A model generated the notes under the pieces. The model ran no database searches and had not been told where the DNA came from. It saw nothing but the letters and a program-made list of their open reading frames with translations. DNA of 64,000 nucleotides, from positions 78,184,001-78,248,000 of the forward strand of contig CM052816.1 in NCBI GenBank assembly GCA_028534125.1, written 5' to 3'. The translations under genes were made by a program, and so were the position numbers. This DNA comes from Lama glama (taxonomy: Eukaryota). Of the stretch, positions 1 to 11,870 are shown one piece after another. Position 1 is the first letter of the stretch, and every line of letters starts with the position of its first letter.

Positions 1-500
1 TAAGTATATCACCACACAGCAATAAGACTGGTAAAAATAAAAATGTCTAACAAGCACTGACAAGGATGTGGAGCAACTGGATCAATTATACTCTGCTGGT
101 GGAAAGTAAATTGGAACTCTTAGAAAATAATTGAGCCAAATCTAAGATGAATGTGTACTTACTTAAAGACCTCGCAAGTCCATTACTAGGTATATACTCT
201 AAAGCATAAAACAGGGGATAGCTATAGTGAGGTCTCTAAAAGCTTATTTTGTAACAGTATAGAAAACAGCAACCTGAAGTGACTAGACAATGGATAAACT
301 CCTGTATATTTCTAAGTGGAAAACTAACATGCACTGAAAATGAATGAACTATAGATTCACTTGAGAGAACCTCAAAAACCTCTTGTTAAATAAAAAAGGA
401 AAATTGAAAAAAATACATTCATCACAGCATTAATGACATCTATATAAAATAAGGAATCACACAAAATAATATATTATTTAGGAATACATTCATTATAATA
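1..500 (+). mobile_element. Ancient L1M (L1ME-like) 3' fragment
   Basis: Diverged motifs caaggatgtggagcaactgga...gctggtggaaagtaaattgg...ccattactaggtatatac. Confidence 0.7.
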
Positions 501-570
501 AAATTATTAAAAAGAGGAAGGAAGGATAAACACAGAGGTTTCCCTTGTAGAGGAGCCAGAGAAAGGTGAG

Positions 571-1833
571 TTGACTACAAACCTCCTAGAAGAAAACACA
601 GGCAAAATATTCTCTGACATAAATCTTAACAATGTTCTCCTAAGGCAGTCTACCCAGAAAATAGAAATAAAAGCAAAAATAAACAAAAGGGACCTAATTA
701 AACTAATAAGCTTTTGCATAGCAAAGGAAAGAAAACAAAGACAACCTACGGAATGGAAGAAAGTATCTGCAAACAATGAGACTGACAAGGACTTAATTTT
801 CAAAATATACAAACAGCTTCTACGACTTAGTAACAAAAAGACAAACAACCCAACCCAGAAATGGGCAGAAGACCTAAACAAACACTTCTCCAATGAAGAC
901 ATACAAATGGGTAATGGGCACATGAAAAAGTGCTCAATATGGCTAATTATCAGGGAAATGTAAATCAAAACTACAATGAGGTATCATCTCACACCAGTCA
1001 GAAAGGCTATCACTAAAAAGTCCACAAATGACAAATGCTGAAGGAAGTGTGGAGAAAGGGGTATATATACTGTTGGTAGGAATGTAGTTTGGTACAGTCA
1101 TTATGGAAAAAGTATAGAGATACCTTAAGAAACTAAAAATAGATTTATCCTATGATCCAGCAATCCTACTCCTGGGCATATATCCAGAGAAACTCTAATT
1201 TGAAAAGACACATGCATCCCAATGTTCATAGCAGCACTATATACACCAGCCAAGACATGGAAACAACCTAAATGTCCATTAAGAGATGACTGAATAAAGA
1301 AGTTATGGTATATACATATACAATGGAATATACTAAAATATATATATTCTTTTCAGCCATAAAATAGAATAAAATAAAGTCATTGGCAGCATTAACATGG
1401 GTGGACCTGGAGCTTCTCATACTAAGTGAAGTAAGCCAGAAAGAGAAAGAAAAATAACATATAATATCATCGACATGTGGAATCTAAAAAAATGACACAA
1501 ATGAACTTATTTACAAAACAGAAACTGACTCACAGACATAGAAAACAAACTTATGGTTACTAGTGGGGATAAGTGGGGAGGTGGAGGGATAAAACTGGGA
1601 GTTCAGGATTTGTCGATACTAACTACTATATATAAAGCAGATAAACAACAAGGTCCTACTGTATAGCACAGGGAACTATATCCAATATCTTGTAATAGCC
1701 TATAATGAAAAAGAATATGAAAAGGAATGTATATGTGTGTGTAACTGTATTACTTTGCTGTACACCAGAAATTAACACAACACTGTAAAACAACTACACC
1801 TCAATTAAAAAAAAAAAAAGGAAGAAAGAAAGA
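571..1833 (+). mobile_element. 5'-truncated LINE-1 (ORF2 C-terminus, 3' UTR, poly-A), cetartiodactyl-type
   Basis: ORF track [14 protein letters not shown]...[13 protein letters not shown]...[11 protein letters not shown]...[13 protein letters not shown] is L1 ORF2. 3' UTR ends ...acacctcaattaaaaaaa. Degenerate TSD agaaaggtgagt / agaaatatgagt. Confidence 0.95.
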
Positions 1834-4195
1834 AATATGAGTAGGTAGAAGATTTTAAAGCCATTGGTAAAGCTCTGTGTCTCGCACGCTGGGTATTTGT
1901 TTCATCGTTCTTTTTACTTTAAATGCAGGATATCTAAATTTTTATATGTATGACATACTTTATAACAAAAATTCTTTGTTTAATTAAGGGGAAAAATGTC
2001 CCCGACCTTATGCTGTCCACAATCATATAAAAGAACACATTCCAGAAATAGTACCTGATAGTTTATAGCATGCTAAGAGCTATAATAGACATACGTAGAG
2101 AAAGATTTTAAAATATACAAAACAATATTATTTATTGCTAAATAAATAACAGAGATACACTAAAATTATAAAGAGATTTGTGAAAAAATTTAAATTTAGA
2201 AGGTTGAGGGAAAGGAGACAAGAAGGGAGACGGATGCAACTGAAGACAGTTCTCAGAAGTGTTCACTCCTAATGTAAAAGTGTACTCCTTAAGTTGTCTG
2301 CTGCATATACTTATCTTTCTGAAAGACTTAAATGCTTCATAATAATAATCTCATTTAAATCTTTCAAGTAATTTTTACTAAATCTAGAAAAAAAAGAAAA
2401 CAGCATAATAATCTGATTTGTAAGGAAAGCTGCTTAAGAAATATATCTTAAATACATTAAAACATGATCAAACACATGGGAAAATGTATGATGAAATGTG
2501 ATATAACTAAGATTTTTTTTAAAAGCATGATAACAAGAAAGAAATATCAAATCTAAAAAAAATTATCAATATACATATAAAACATGAGGTCAAAATCCAA
2601 ATAAACAGAGAAATAATCAAATTTATTCAAAAAGAAAGATATACCAAAAATCACAAGAAAAAAATACATAGCCCCAATGCAATTAAAATTATGTAAAAAT
2701 TAACAAACTTTAACATACCTCACTGAGGAAAAGTCATTTAATTTAACATTTCTCTCTGCCTATATACTTTTTTCCTAATAATAAGAGAGAATTCTTTTTA
2801 AGCTGTCTTAAACATTCTGAAAGTCACTGGCAAAAGGGCCTTTAAAAGTGTTTAACTAATGAGTATTTTCTTATTTTTTATTAAAAATGTGTACTGTTTT
2901 GAAGTTTTATAAAACTTCAAAAGATAATTACCTTTAATTACAGATCACCATGTCCATTCTCAGGATCAGTAAAGACTGCTTCCCGTAGTGCCAATGCATA
3001 GTACTTGTGGTAATCACAAAAGAAGTTACCACTTGCTTTACATCTCTGGGAAAACTAAAATCTGATAGTGTTTACTTGCTGATCTCTAGTTAGAACTGAA
3101 GGTCTTTAAAAAGAAAAAATAAGCTTAGAACAAAATTACTATCTTTATCCTTTTTATTCTGTCCAATAGATAACCACCCAGTTTCACTACCTAATGTAAA
3201 ATTAAACATTTAAATGGGAGTAAAAGAAGTCATCTAATCAAAGCTATGAAGAATTCCTAGCCTGTTACATCCTTACGAATATAAACCCTGTTTTAACTGT
3301 CTTTATTTCTTAGTATATAGAACAGAACACTACCTGGCCCATGGGTGAACTAATTTTTTCTCAAAAATAATTCCTAGGCAAAAAGGTCAGCAATGTTTTG
3401 TTTGAGTCCACTACCAATTCAGTCATTGACTTCAGTGGCCTTGTCAAAGTTACTTGATTTCTGGACATTTCCACGTGTTTCCTTATAATGTGAAAAATGT
3501 TGGAGGCACTGATTTACTAGTGTTTTGAATAGTGGAAGTAAAAGTTGCAATACATTTAAGACAATTAACTAAATATTCAGTTGGAGCCAGATGGTTCCAA
3601 TAATTCCCTAAACAAAACCGTGTTCCCAGCACAAAGACTGTTCCCTGAACTGGAGTTCTGGGATGAGACAACACAAAAGAACACTAAATTGAGCACTGAG
3701 ATTTCTAAGAGCCATGGCAAAAAGGGCAACGATGTTTCAAGTGTCTAATAAGAAAAAGTACTTAGAGAAGAAAGGAATGTTTTGTCCTGATGCTAAATTC
3801 AAGAAATAATTTATTGGATGCATACTAATATAGTAGAAAATACCTTGGATTACATCTTGTAGTCAATAAAGATGTTCTTAAAAGAGCTATTTTTAAAAAC
3901 AGACTTCAAATTTAATTTAGGCACAGTGAAGTTATTTCATAGTAACATGATTCAATGCCTAAGCAGAAATAGCTTAAAGACTCCTATGATAAAAGCAAAA
4001 TCTACAAGAAATACAGCTGATGTTAACAGTCTCAGTTAAGCTTTTGACAGGACTATTCATCTACCATGGAATATTCATTCAAGGCCTTCTCAAACAGCAG
4101 TAAGTAAACTTCCATTCTTTGATCAACAAAATACTGGAATAAACTTGTATTATTATATTTTTCTTGATGATTATTTATTTCATTATATTTTATAT

Positions 4196-4678
4196 CAATG
4201 GTCCCCCTTAAAATTTAGACTTAACGATTTTTCAGCTCTATAATGGTGTGAAAGCAACATGCATTCAGCAGAAATCATACACTGAATTTTAAATTTTGAT
4301 CTTTTCCAGGGCTAGCAATTAGCAGAATGATACTCTCTGGGCAGTGATGCTGGGTAGTGGCAGCTGCAACTCCTAACTGGCGTGCATTCATCGGGGTAAA
4401 CAATCAACATACTTACAACCATTCTGTTTTTCACTTTCGTATAGTATTTAATAAATTATATGAGATAGTCAAAATATTATCATAAAATAGGCTTTTTGTT
4501 CTATGACTTTGTCCAAATGTAGGCTAATATAAGTGCTCTGAGCATCTTAAGGTAGACTAGCCTAAGCTTTGATGTTCGGTAGGTTAGGTATATTAAATGC
4601 ATTTTCAACTTACAGTGTTTTCAATTTTTGATAGATTTATCTAGACATAAACCCATCATAAGTCAAGGAAGACCTGCA
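4196..4678 (-). mobile_element. TcMar-Tigger non-autonomous element (Tigger5/MER47-like)
   Basis: gatgttcggtaggttaggtatattaaatgcattttcaacttac...aaacccatcataagtcaaggaagacctg matches the reverse of the recalled MER47 consensus; degenerate terminal inverted repeats. Confidence 0.8.
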
Positions 4679-5122
4679 ATTATAATCTCAACAATAGTTC
4701 TGTAATTTTAATCACTAATAACAAAAGTAATGCTGGGTTTTGTTATATCAATAAAATTTATTCTCAATACCAATAGTGCATGTTCTTTATCTTTGGGCTT
4801 TCAAGTTAGTATTGCAACAAAATACGAAATCAACAGAACTACTGAAATTTTTATAATTTTCAATTAATGGAATCATTTGTTTGTTAAAATCTTAGCAGTA
4901 AGATAAATTTCCAAAAACACAACAGTAGTCTTTTGATACCTTAAGTCATCCCAAAAGTAAGAAACTAAAGGTAGATATTAAATGTTCCTCTTAGGAAAGA
5001 GGGTTTTTTTTTTTTCCCTATCATATTGAAACCCATATTGTGAGACTGATAACTGATATTAAACCATAGACAACATTAAGCTAAATTTTTTGACTAGCAT
5101 ATAAAGGAAGGACACTCTATAG

Positions 5123-5302
5123 CACGGGTTGGCAAATTCTGGCCCGCTGTTTATTTTGTAAGGAAGGACTGAACACAGACAAGCTCATTTGTTGATGTAT
5201 TGTCTATGGCAGAGTTGAGTAGCTGAAAAAGAGACTATATGGATCCCAATGCCTAAAATATTTACTATCTGTCTTTGATAGGAAAAGTTTGTTGAACCTT
5301 GC
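5123..5302. mobile_element. hAT-Charlie MITE (MER58-like)
   Basis: cacgggttggcaaatt...tattgtctatggc...cctaaaatatttactatctg...gaaaagtttgttgaaccttg. Confidence 0.75.
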
Positions 5303-5667
5303 TCTTTACTAATATATGCAGATACTCACATGCTTCAGAGCCTAACAGATGTTAGGGTTCTGTTGTTATAAAAAGGAGAATCAAACTAGTACATATTCCC
5401 CTTCCTAAAAAAGAAGCTACAGAAAAGACCAACACCATTATGGACTGATACTCTGCTCAACAGCCTAGCCTGAGATACCAAAGAATGCACCAGAGAATAG
5501 ATAAGCAAAAAATGAAATTACACAGTATAAATGATATTTTGTGTATTTAGATATTTTATGTTTTTCTATCATGAACAGAAAAAATATCAATCCCATGGTA
5601 AAATCTGCCATGAATAGTTTATGGAACCACTTTGACAATTTAAAACATACCTAAACAACATTAGAAT

Positions 5668-5774
5668 TTGGGGGGGGTGGTAATTAGGTTTATTTATTCA
5701 TATTTTTAAGAGATATCCCCTGGGATATCTTGCACACTAAGCATGTGCTCTACCACTGAGCTATCCTCTTACCC
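5668..5774 (-). mobile_element. tRNA-Ala-derived camelid SINE (vic-1-like), B-box region rearranged
   Basis: Reverse of agctcagtggtagagcacatgcttagtgtgca plus body aaataaacctaattacc; TSD ttagaat at 5661-5667 and 5775-5781. Confidence 0.85.
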
Positions 5775-6298
5775 TTAGAATACTTGCATTATTCCACCTA
5801 GATTTGATATCTATATACCTATTTATGTTAAAGTTCTTAGTAATTAAGTTACATTGTATTAAATTTCACTTTAAAGAATTTTAATGGCTGCTGTTTCCTA
5901 TAACTCAGTAAACTTTATAATGTTCCTCTACTTACATTCTTTATTACCTATTTCCATAAAGGATTCTAGTAAAAAAGGTTACCATGAATACAGAATTTGG
6001 GGAAAAAGGAGAAAAGACATAAATGACAAAACGAAGATTAAAATAATTACAAACTTGTCAACATCTTTCCAACTTTACACAGTCAAAAGGCATAAATTTT
6101 AACACTACATCTAGAATATGTTAGAAAAAGTCAACTGATTCACAATGTGACAAAATACTCTTTCATGGTTCTAAGGATACACAATTGCCTAAAATGGGAG
6201 AAATTATGTAAGCTTTAGAATCAGGAACTTTGCCTAAATTATATTACAAACATCTAAAAACGACAGTTTAATAGCATCCTTTTAAAAGAGACAAGCAC

Positions 6299-6419
6299 CT
6301 GGAAGATGATTTAGAGCAATCTCTGGCCACATTTGAGCCTGAAGATGTTGGTTCAATATCTTCACTTTGTCTTCTTAATTCTTTCTCTCTGTTCATTTCT
6401 TCCTCTTTTTCTCTTGCTT
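6299..6419 (-). CDS. WDR70: WDR70 coding exon (exon 4 equivalent), 121 nt
   Basis: Minus strand ttttcag|AAGCAAGAGAA...TCCAG|gtgctt; encodes (E)AREKEEEMNREKELRRQSEDIEPTSSGSNVARDCSKSSS(R). Confidence 0.93.
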
Positions 6420-9400
6420 CTGAAAAGATTTTTTAAAATTTTCAACAGTTAAACTTCAAAATTTGTCATTATTGAAAAGGCTGAAAATTAAAGTAGTCAC
6501 AAAGAGATGTGTTATCAGTAACAGCAAAAATTATCCATCTAAATGCCCAACACTGAGAAAATAATTGAATTTACTGTACATCAACATAATATATAGTCAA
6601 TAAAAATAGTGATGGAAGGGGGTCAGTACAGCTCCGTGATAGAGCACATGTTTAGCATGTACGATGTCCTGGGTTCAATCCCCAGAACCTCCCTAAAAAT
6701 AAACAATCAAAAAATAAAAATAAACAAATTTTTCAATATAAAGAACAAAAAAAAATTTTTAAGTAATGATGGAAAATGTACAAATCTGGGAAAATATTAA
6801 CAGATAGGCTAAGCAAAATCAGCATGTGAATAGTATATGAATCATGACTGTACTATGTAAAAAGATGTGGCAAGTAAAGTATGTTCAAAGTTAAGTTTTT
6901 TTGTTATTGTTGCTGCTATTGTTTTTTATTCTTTTGGGTAACCTCACTTTTTATTTTTAATGTTTTAAAACATAAACTTAGCACTTTGCTCCTTTCTGAA
7001 TTTCCCAAACTGTATTTTTGGTCAGAGACTTCCTTCTAAAATCATGAAAAAATATTAATTTTTACACTAAGTTTTCAGAATTGTTTATCTTAGAAAGACA
7101 AAAAAAATTTATCCAAGGGAATTTAGTCTTTCTCTTATGATAATCTCACTCTATAGCTGTGGGGCACCCAGGAAGGAAATTATATGAATAGTCTGCTTCT
7201 TAACTGCTACCATCCTCAATAACCTGAGATAATCTGAAATTTTTTTTAATTTAATAATGAAGAATAATACACTCAACATTAAGCAGTATCAAAGGGCACT
7301 TATTTATTGGAATGTTGAACTCTTCAGTCTTGTTGCTAGGATAAAGAGGGTGAGGAAAAAGGAGATAGCCAGCAAGTGTCAACAACTAGTTTTAATTTCA
7401 AACATGGAAGATAAAACTGTCCAGGAAGGGGTAAGGCATAGCTCATTAATTTTTGCGGAGGCTCTCCACTGGCCTGACATGGGTCAGGAGTCAACAATTC
7501 TGCACTCTGATGCTGGAGGAGGTTGAAACAGTAAGAAAAGAATAACATCCAAATTTAAGAGCTTGCTGGGCTTCTACCCTCATCCTGCTTCTCCAGTCAT
7601 TCCCTCTATACTCTCCAGGGTGGGGTTGGGGTTGGGGTTGGGGGAGCGGCCACACTTGGACTGCAGGCTCAGGTCTCAGGGGCAGTTCTGACCCTAATGA
7701 GGAACCAATACTAAGGCACATATTATTAGCCACCTACATAACAGCCATTTCTCCCTTTTTTCCTTGCTAAGAAAATCACAGTTCTGTCCAGATAACAGGC
7801 AGCTCTGTGCTTCAGGAGATGCTGGGCCCCTTCCTGCCTAGAAAGAGTAAAGTTGATTCCAAGTCAACCATACTGTTCTTGCAACGGATGTTTCTGGAAC
7901 TGATGTGCCACACTAATATTGGCCAATAACAGGTGAAGGGTATCAGCTGGAGGTACATTTGAGAAAGGTTTTCTTACTCCTAAAAAGAGTTACACAAAAG
8001 TCTCCTTTCAATCTGTAAATGTATGGTCAACTGCATTTAACAAAATTTAGCTGACAAAATTTTGAGTCATGGGACAGTCAGCTTAGAAGCCAACACTCTA
8101 TAAAGCTGGCAAAGAAGAAAAAGAGGAAAAAACTGCATGTCCTTCACGTCAGGACTCAGAAGATGGAAGAGCCCCATTCCAGAGTTCTTGTCATGGTGTG
8201 ATACTAAACTTTTCTTATTTGAGCCATTTTTAATTAGGTTTCCTATGTCTTCTTTGCCAGTAATCAAAAGCATCTTAATATCATCCTTAATTTAACAAAA
8301 ATAATAGCAACTAATACTCACACGGAGCTTATTACGCTATGTACTAGATACTGTTTTAAGCATTTCCTATAAATTAACTCCTTTAATCTTCAGAACAATC
8401 CTGAGATGGAAAGTTTTTTTCTTCAGCTTTATTAAGGTATAATTGACAAATAAAATTTTAAGATATGTATAGTGCACACCATGATGATTTTATATAAATA
8501 TACATTGTGAAAGAATTCTCCCCATTGAAGTCAATAAACACATACATCATCCCACATATTTATTCCCCTTTTTTTTGGTAAAAACATTTAAGTCTACTAT
8601 CTTAGCAAATTTCAATTGTACAATATAGTTGAGGTAGGTACTATTACTATCCTCACTTTACAGTTGAGAAATCTAAGGGAGAGAAGTAACAGAGCTATTA
8701 AGTCCCAAAGCAGTGAACAGAGGCTCCACAGCTGTACCTTTCCTTGATGTGACCAGACTTTCTAAAGACTAAAATTACCCAGTGAGTACCACCCACCTTA
8801 TGAAACAGTGAGCCTACCTCTCTTTCCAAAGGGCCATGAAGTACAGTACTTAAGTCACCAGATCATCTGGAAACTATAATCCACTCACCTGACTAACTGG
8901 AGTTCCTCCCCAGTGGACAAATACTCCAAACTACTTGCCCCATCCTAGAGAAGCATCTGACTTTTTAATTTAAAATTTAATTCTTTTTTACACTAGTAAG
9001 GATTTTCTATTCAAAGAGGTTCCTGCTGTCACCTGCTGCCTCATTAAAGCAAGGGGGGGGCACATTCTGAACTAAAAAAATTTTTTCCTCATTGTTGACT
9101 GAGGACAAAAATCAAAATGAAACAGAATTCAATAAACTGCAGCTCCCTGACCAGGGGGATCATTTTTGTGCATTTTTACCAAATGTAGGACCAAGTAAAA
9201 TGCTCTGCATATTCCCTTAACAAAAGTGAATTAACCTACTCCCCAACACCTTGTTTTATTCTTCGAAGTATCTCATTTTATTGTTCTCTAATTTCAGATA
9301 GTCACCAACTCTGGACAGGCATTTCTGTAAATGCACCACATATGTATGCAACTCTTCTCCAGGTTAACAGCAAACTATCCAAAACTACCATGTCCCATCT

Positions 9401-11827
9401 GAGCCAATTCACACACCTCGCAGAATCATATGAATGTAATTAAGCAACTGAAAAGCTCATTTTCATTATATCATTATATTGCAGTCATTATAGCAACCAC
9501 TTAACTTAAAGGAAGAAATGAGAGTTAAGATAAAATGTAAAGGACAGGGAAGCTATAGTTTAAGTGGTACAGCGCATGCTTAGCATGCACCAGGTCCTGG
9601 GTTCAATCCCCAGTACCTCCATTAAAAAAATAATTAAATGAATAAATCTAATTATCCCTCCCTCCAAAAAATGAAAAGTAAAGGAATTTAATAGAAGCAT
9701 AAGCTAGAATTATTTGTTTAATCATGGTATTATATTTTTACCTATGGGACATAAACTTTGCTAAATGTTTTTGCTATTCTAATTTAAAACAATTCACTAC
9801 CAATTTTATGGAAATTTACATTTAATTTTAAATGTTTAAAGCAAAAAAGACTAGAAATGAAAAATAAGATGAGAACACTTTACCTACATTAGTTACAATT
9901 CTCCATTCAATATTTACAGATGTAACTATTACACACTAAGCTCTGTGTGAGGCATCATAAGTTAAGTATAAAAATGAAGAACAAGGTTATCATCAAGACA
10001 TGAACAATAATAAAGTAAATTTGTAAATTTTTTAAGTATTACAAAAATACAAAGGCAGGGAACAATTATGATGCCCAGAGGAGTTCTGAAATAATACCTA
10101 GAAAAGGTAAAACATGAGGTGAGGCTTTAAAGGATGAGGTAGGATTTAACTAGGTAGAAAGACTACTTCAGGTAAAAAAAATTCTTAAGCTTTTCTAATT
10201 CCTAAAATGTAAGGGACAATTTTTCTTTTCAAGATCATTAAGTCATCCATTGAAATCATATTAAAATCCTGTCTCAATCATTTTTTCAAGTAATTTTTTC
10301 CAGACATGTAACAGAGAAGGTTCACAATCTATCTAAGGCATGGCTTCACCCCAAATAAGCATTTTTAATAAAAGAAATTTTTCTTCCCCATGTGTCTCCT
10401 TACAGTATGAGTTCTAAAAAAGGGTCTATGTCTTTCAAATGTCCTACACCTACTTATAGCTTTAATGAACACAGAAAATATTTTAAAAAAAATAATCTGT
10501 ACCATTATCATTTCCTGATATTTTATGTATTTTATTGGAATTTTATAGTAATTCACCCTTTCTATTCGAGCATTTAAGAACCAAAATTTCATATCCATAT
10601 ACAAAGACAATTAAACATGTTATTAAAATGGGTGAAAGTTCTTATTTTCCTCAAGTCTGATGTCAATGCCCAGGAAAAGACTCTAGTACCAATCATTAGA
10701 TAAATAATGCCCATATCAGAATTTTTAAACTTTCTTTTAAGAAAAGAAAGTCAAACTTTGGATTCTTATGCTTAGATCAGGGGTAGAAACAGTAGTCCAA
10801 GTCAAAGGATTTAATAATAAACCAAGAAGGTCCAAAATATTTAATTCATTCACAAATATCATAGGAAAACATGGCCTTGAGAAAATGTTTCAAAATTTTA
10901 AAAATATAATAATTCTCTATTGGAATTCCTGTTAGATGCCAAATGCATACATATTTTATTAAGAAAAATAATAGAAATTAAAAGTGGTATTTGTAAGTAC
11001 ATCGCTGTTTAAAAAGTCCTATGCCCAATCCCTTCAAGAATCGTCTAAGGAAAATCTTATTATCATAGCTATAAGAACAGATCAGGAAACTAAGGATCTG
11101 AAATTTGAAAATCCATCCAATTACTCAACTAGTGGAATGTGGGGCTGACTTTTAAACCTGGGGCCTCCAACTCCATACCCCAAGCTCTTTAAAATGGACC
11201 GTGCCATTTTAGAACATTCTCCAAAGAGGCAGGATTTATTATTTAAAAGGCAGTACTGCAGTTCTAAATTCAACTCAATCTTCACAAATATATATTGAGA
11301 ATCCATCTTATAAGGCATAGTATTGGGGTCTATAAAACTCACTTAGGTGAATAAGGCAATCTCTGTTCAAAGCATTTTGTATCATATGCTAGAAGGTAAA
11401 TACAAGAAATCTACACTATAATAGTATAAGCATTCATTAAAATATTTAAAAATTGGAAGTGTTTAACATATTCATATATATGCCACAGACAGTACAACTT
11501 TATATTTCATTTGATGATATTAAATTATTCAATATTTTTAGGTGCATTAACCATATATTGGTTAAGATTTTTCCAAGGATCCCTTTCTCTTAAAGACATA
11601 CTAAAATATTTATGGGTGAAATGATGTGTCTAGGATTTATGTCAAAATAATCTGAGAGAAGCAAATGGAAATAATACTGGCCATAAATTGTTACAGTAGT
11701 TAAATCTGTGTGACAGGTATACGGGAGTCCATTACTGTACTTTTGTATGTGTGTGAAATTTCACAACATAATGAAAGTTTAAAAAAAATGCATAGTATAT
11801 GTAGACAGCTGTCTTTCTCACCACAAA

Positions 11828-11870
<43 letters not shown>

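Noticed and set aside
507..968. 153-aa and 130-aa ORFs as novel genes (likewise 14089-14370, 41580-41930, 42076-42366)
   Set aside because: Sense or antisense readings of decayed L1 ORF2.
1..6298. Next WDR70 exon (DTSSSES...ELIGPPLPP)
   Set aside because: Not found by eye in this interval; presumably beyond position 1. Not evidence of exon loss.
7618..7644. Interstitial telomere or ciliate contamination
   Set aside because: Only about four T2G4 units, not vertebrate TTAGGG, and embedded in continuous mammalian intron.
9547..9620. Functional tRNA-Ala(AGC) genes at the SINE heads
   Set aside because: Each has a non-tRNA 3' body, an A-rich tail, TSDs and stem-breaking substitutions, so they are retroposed SINEs.
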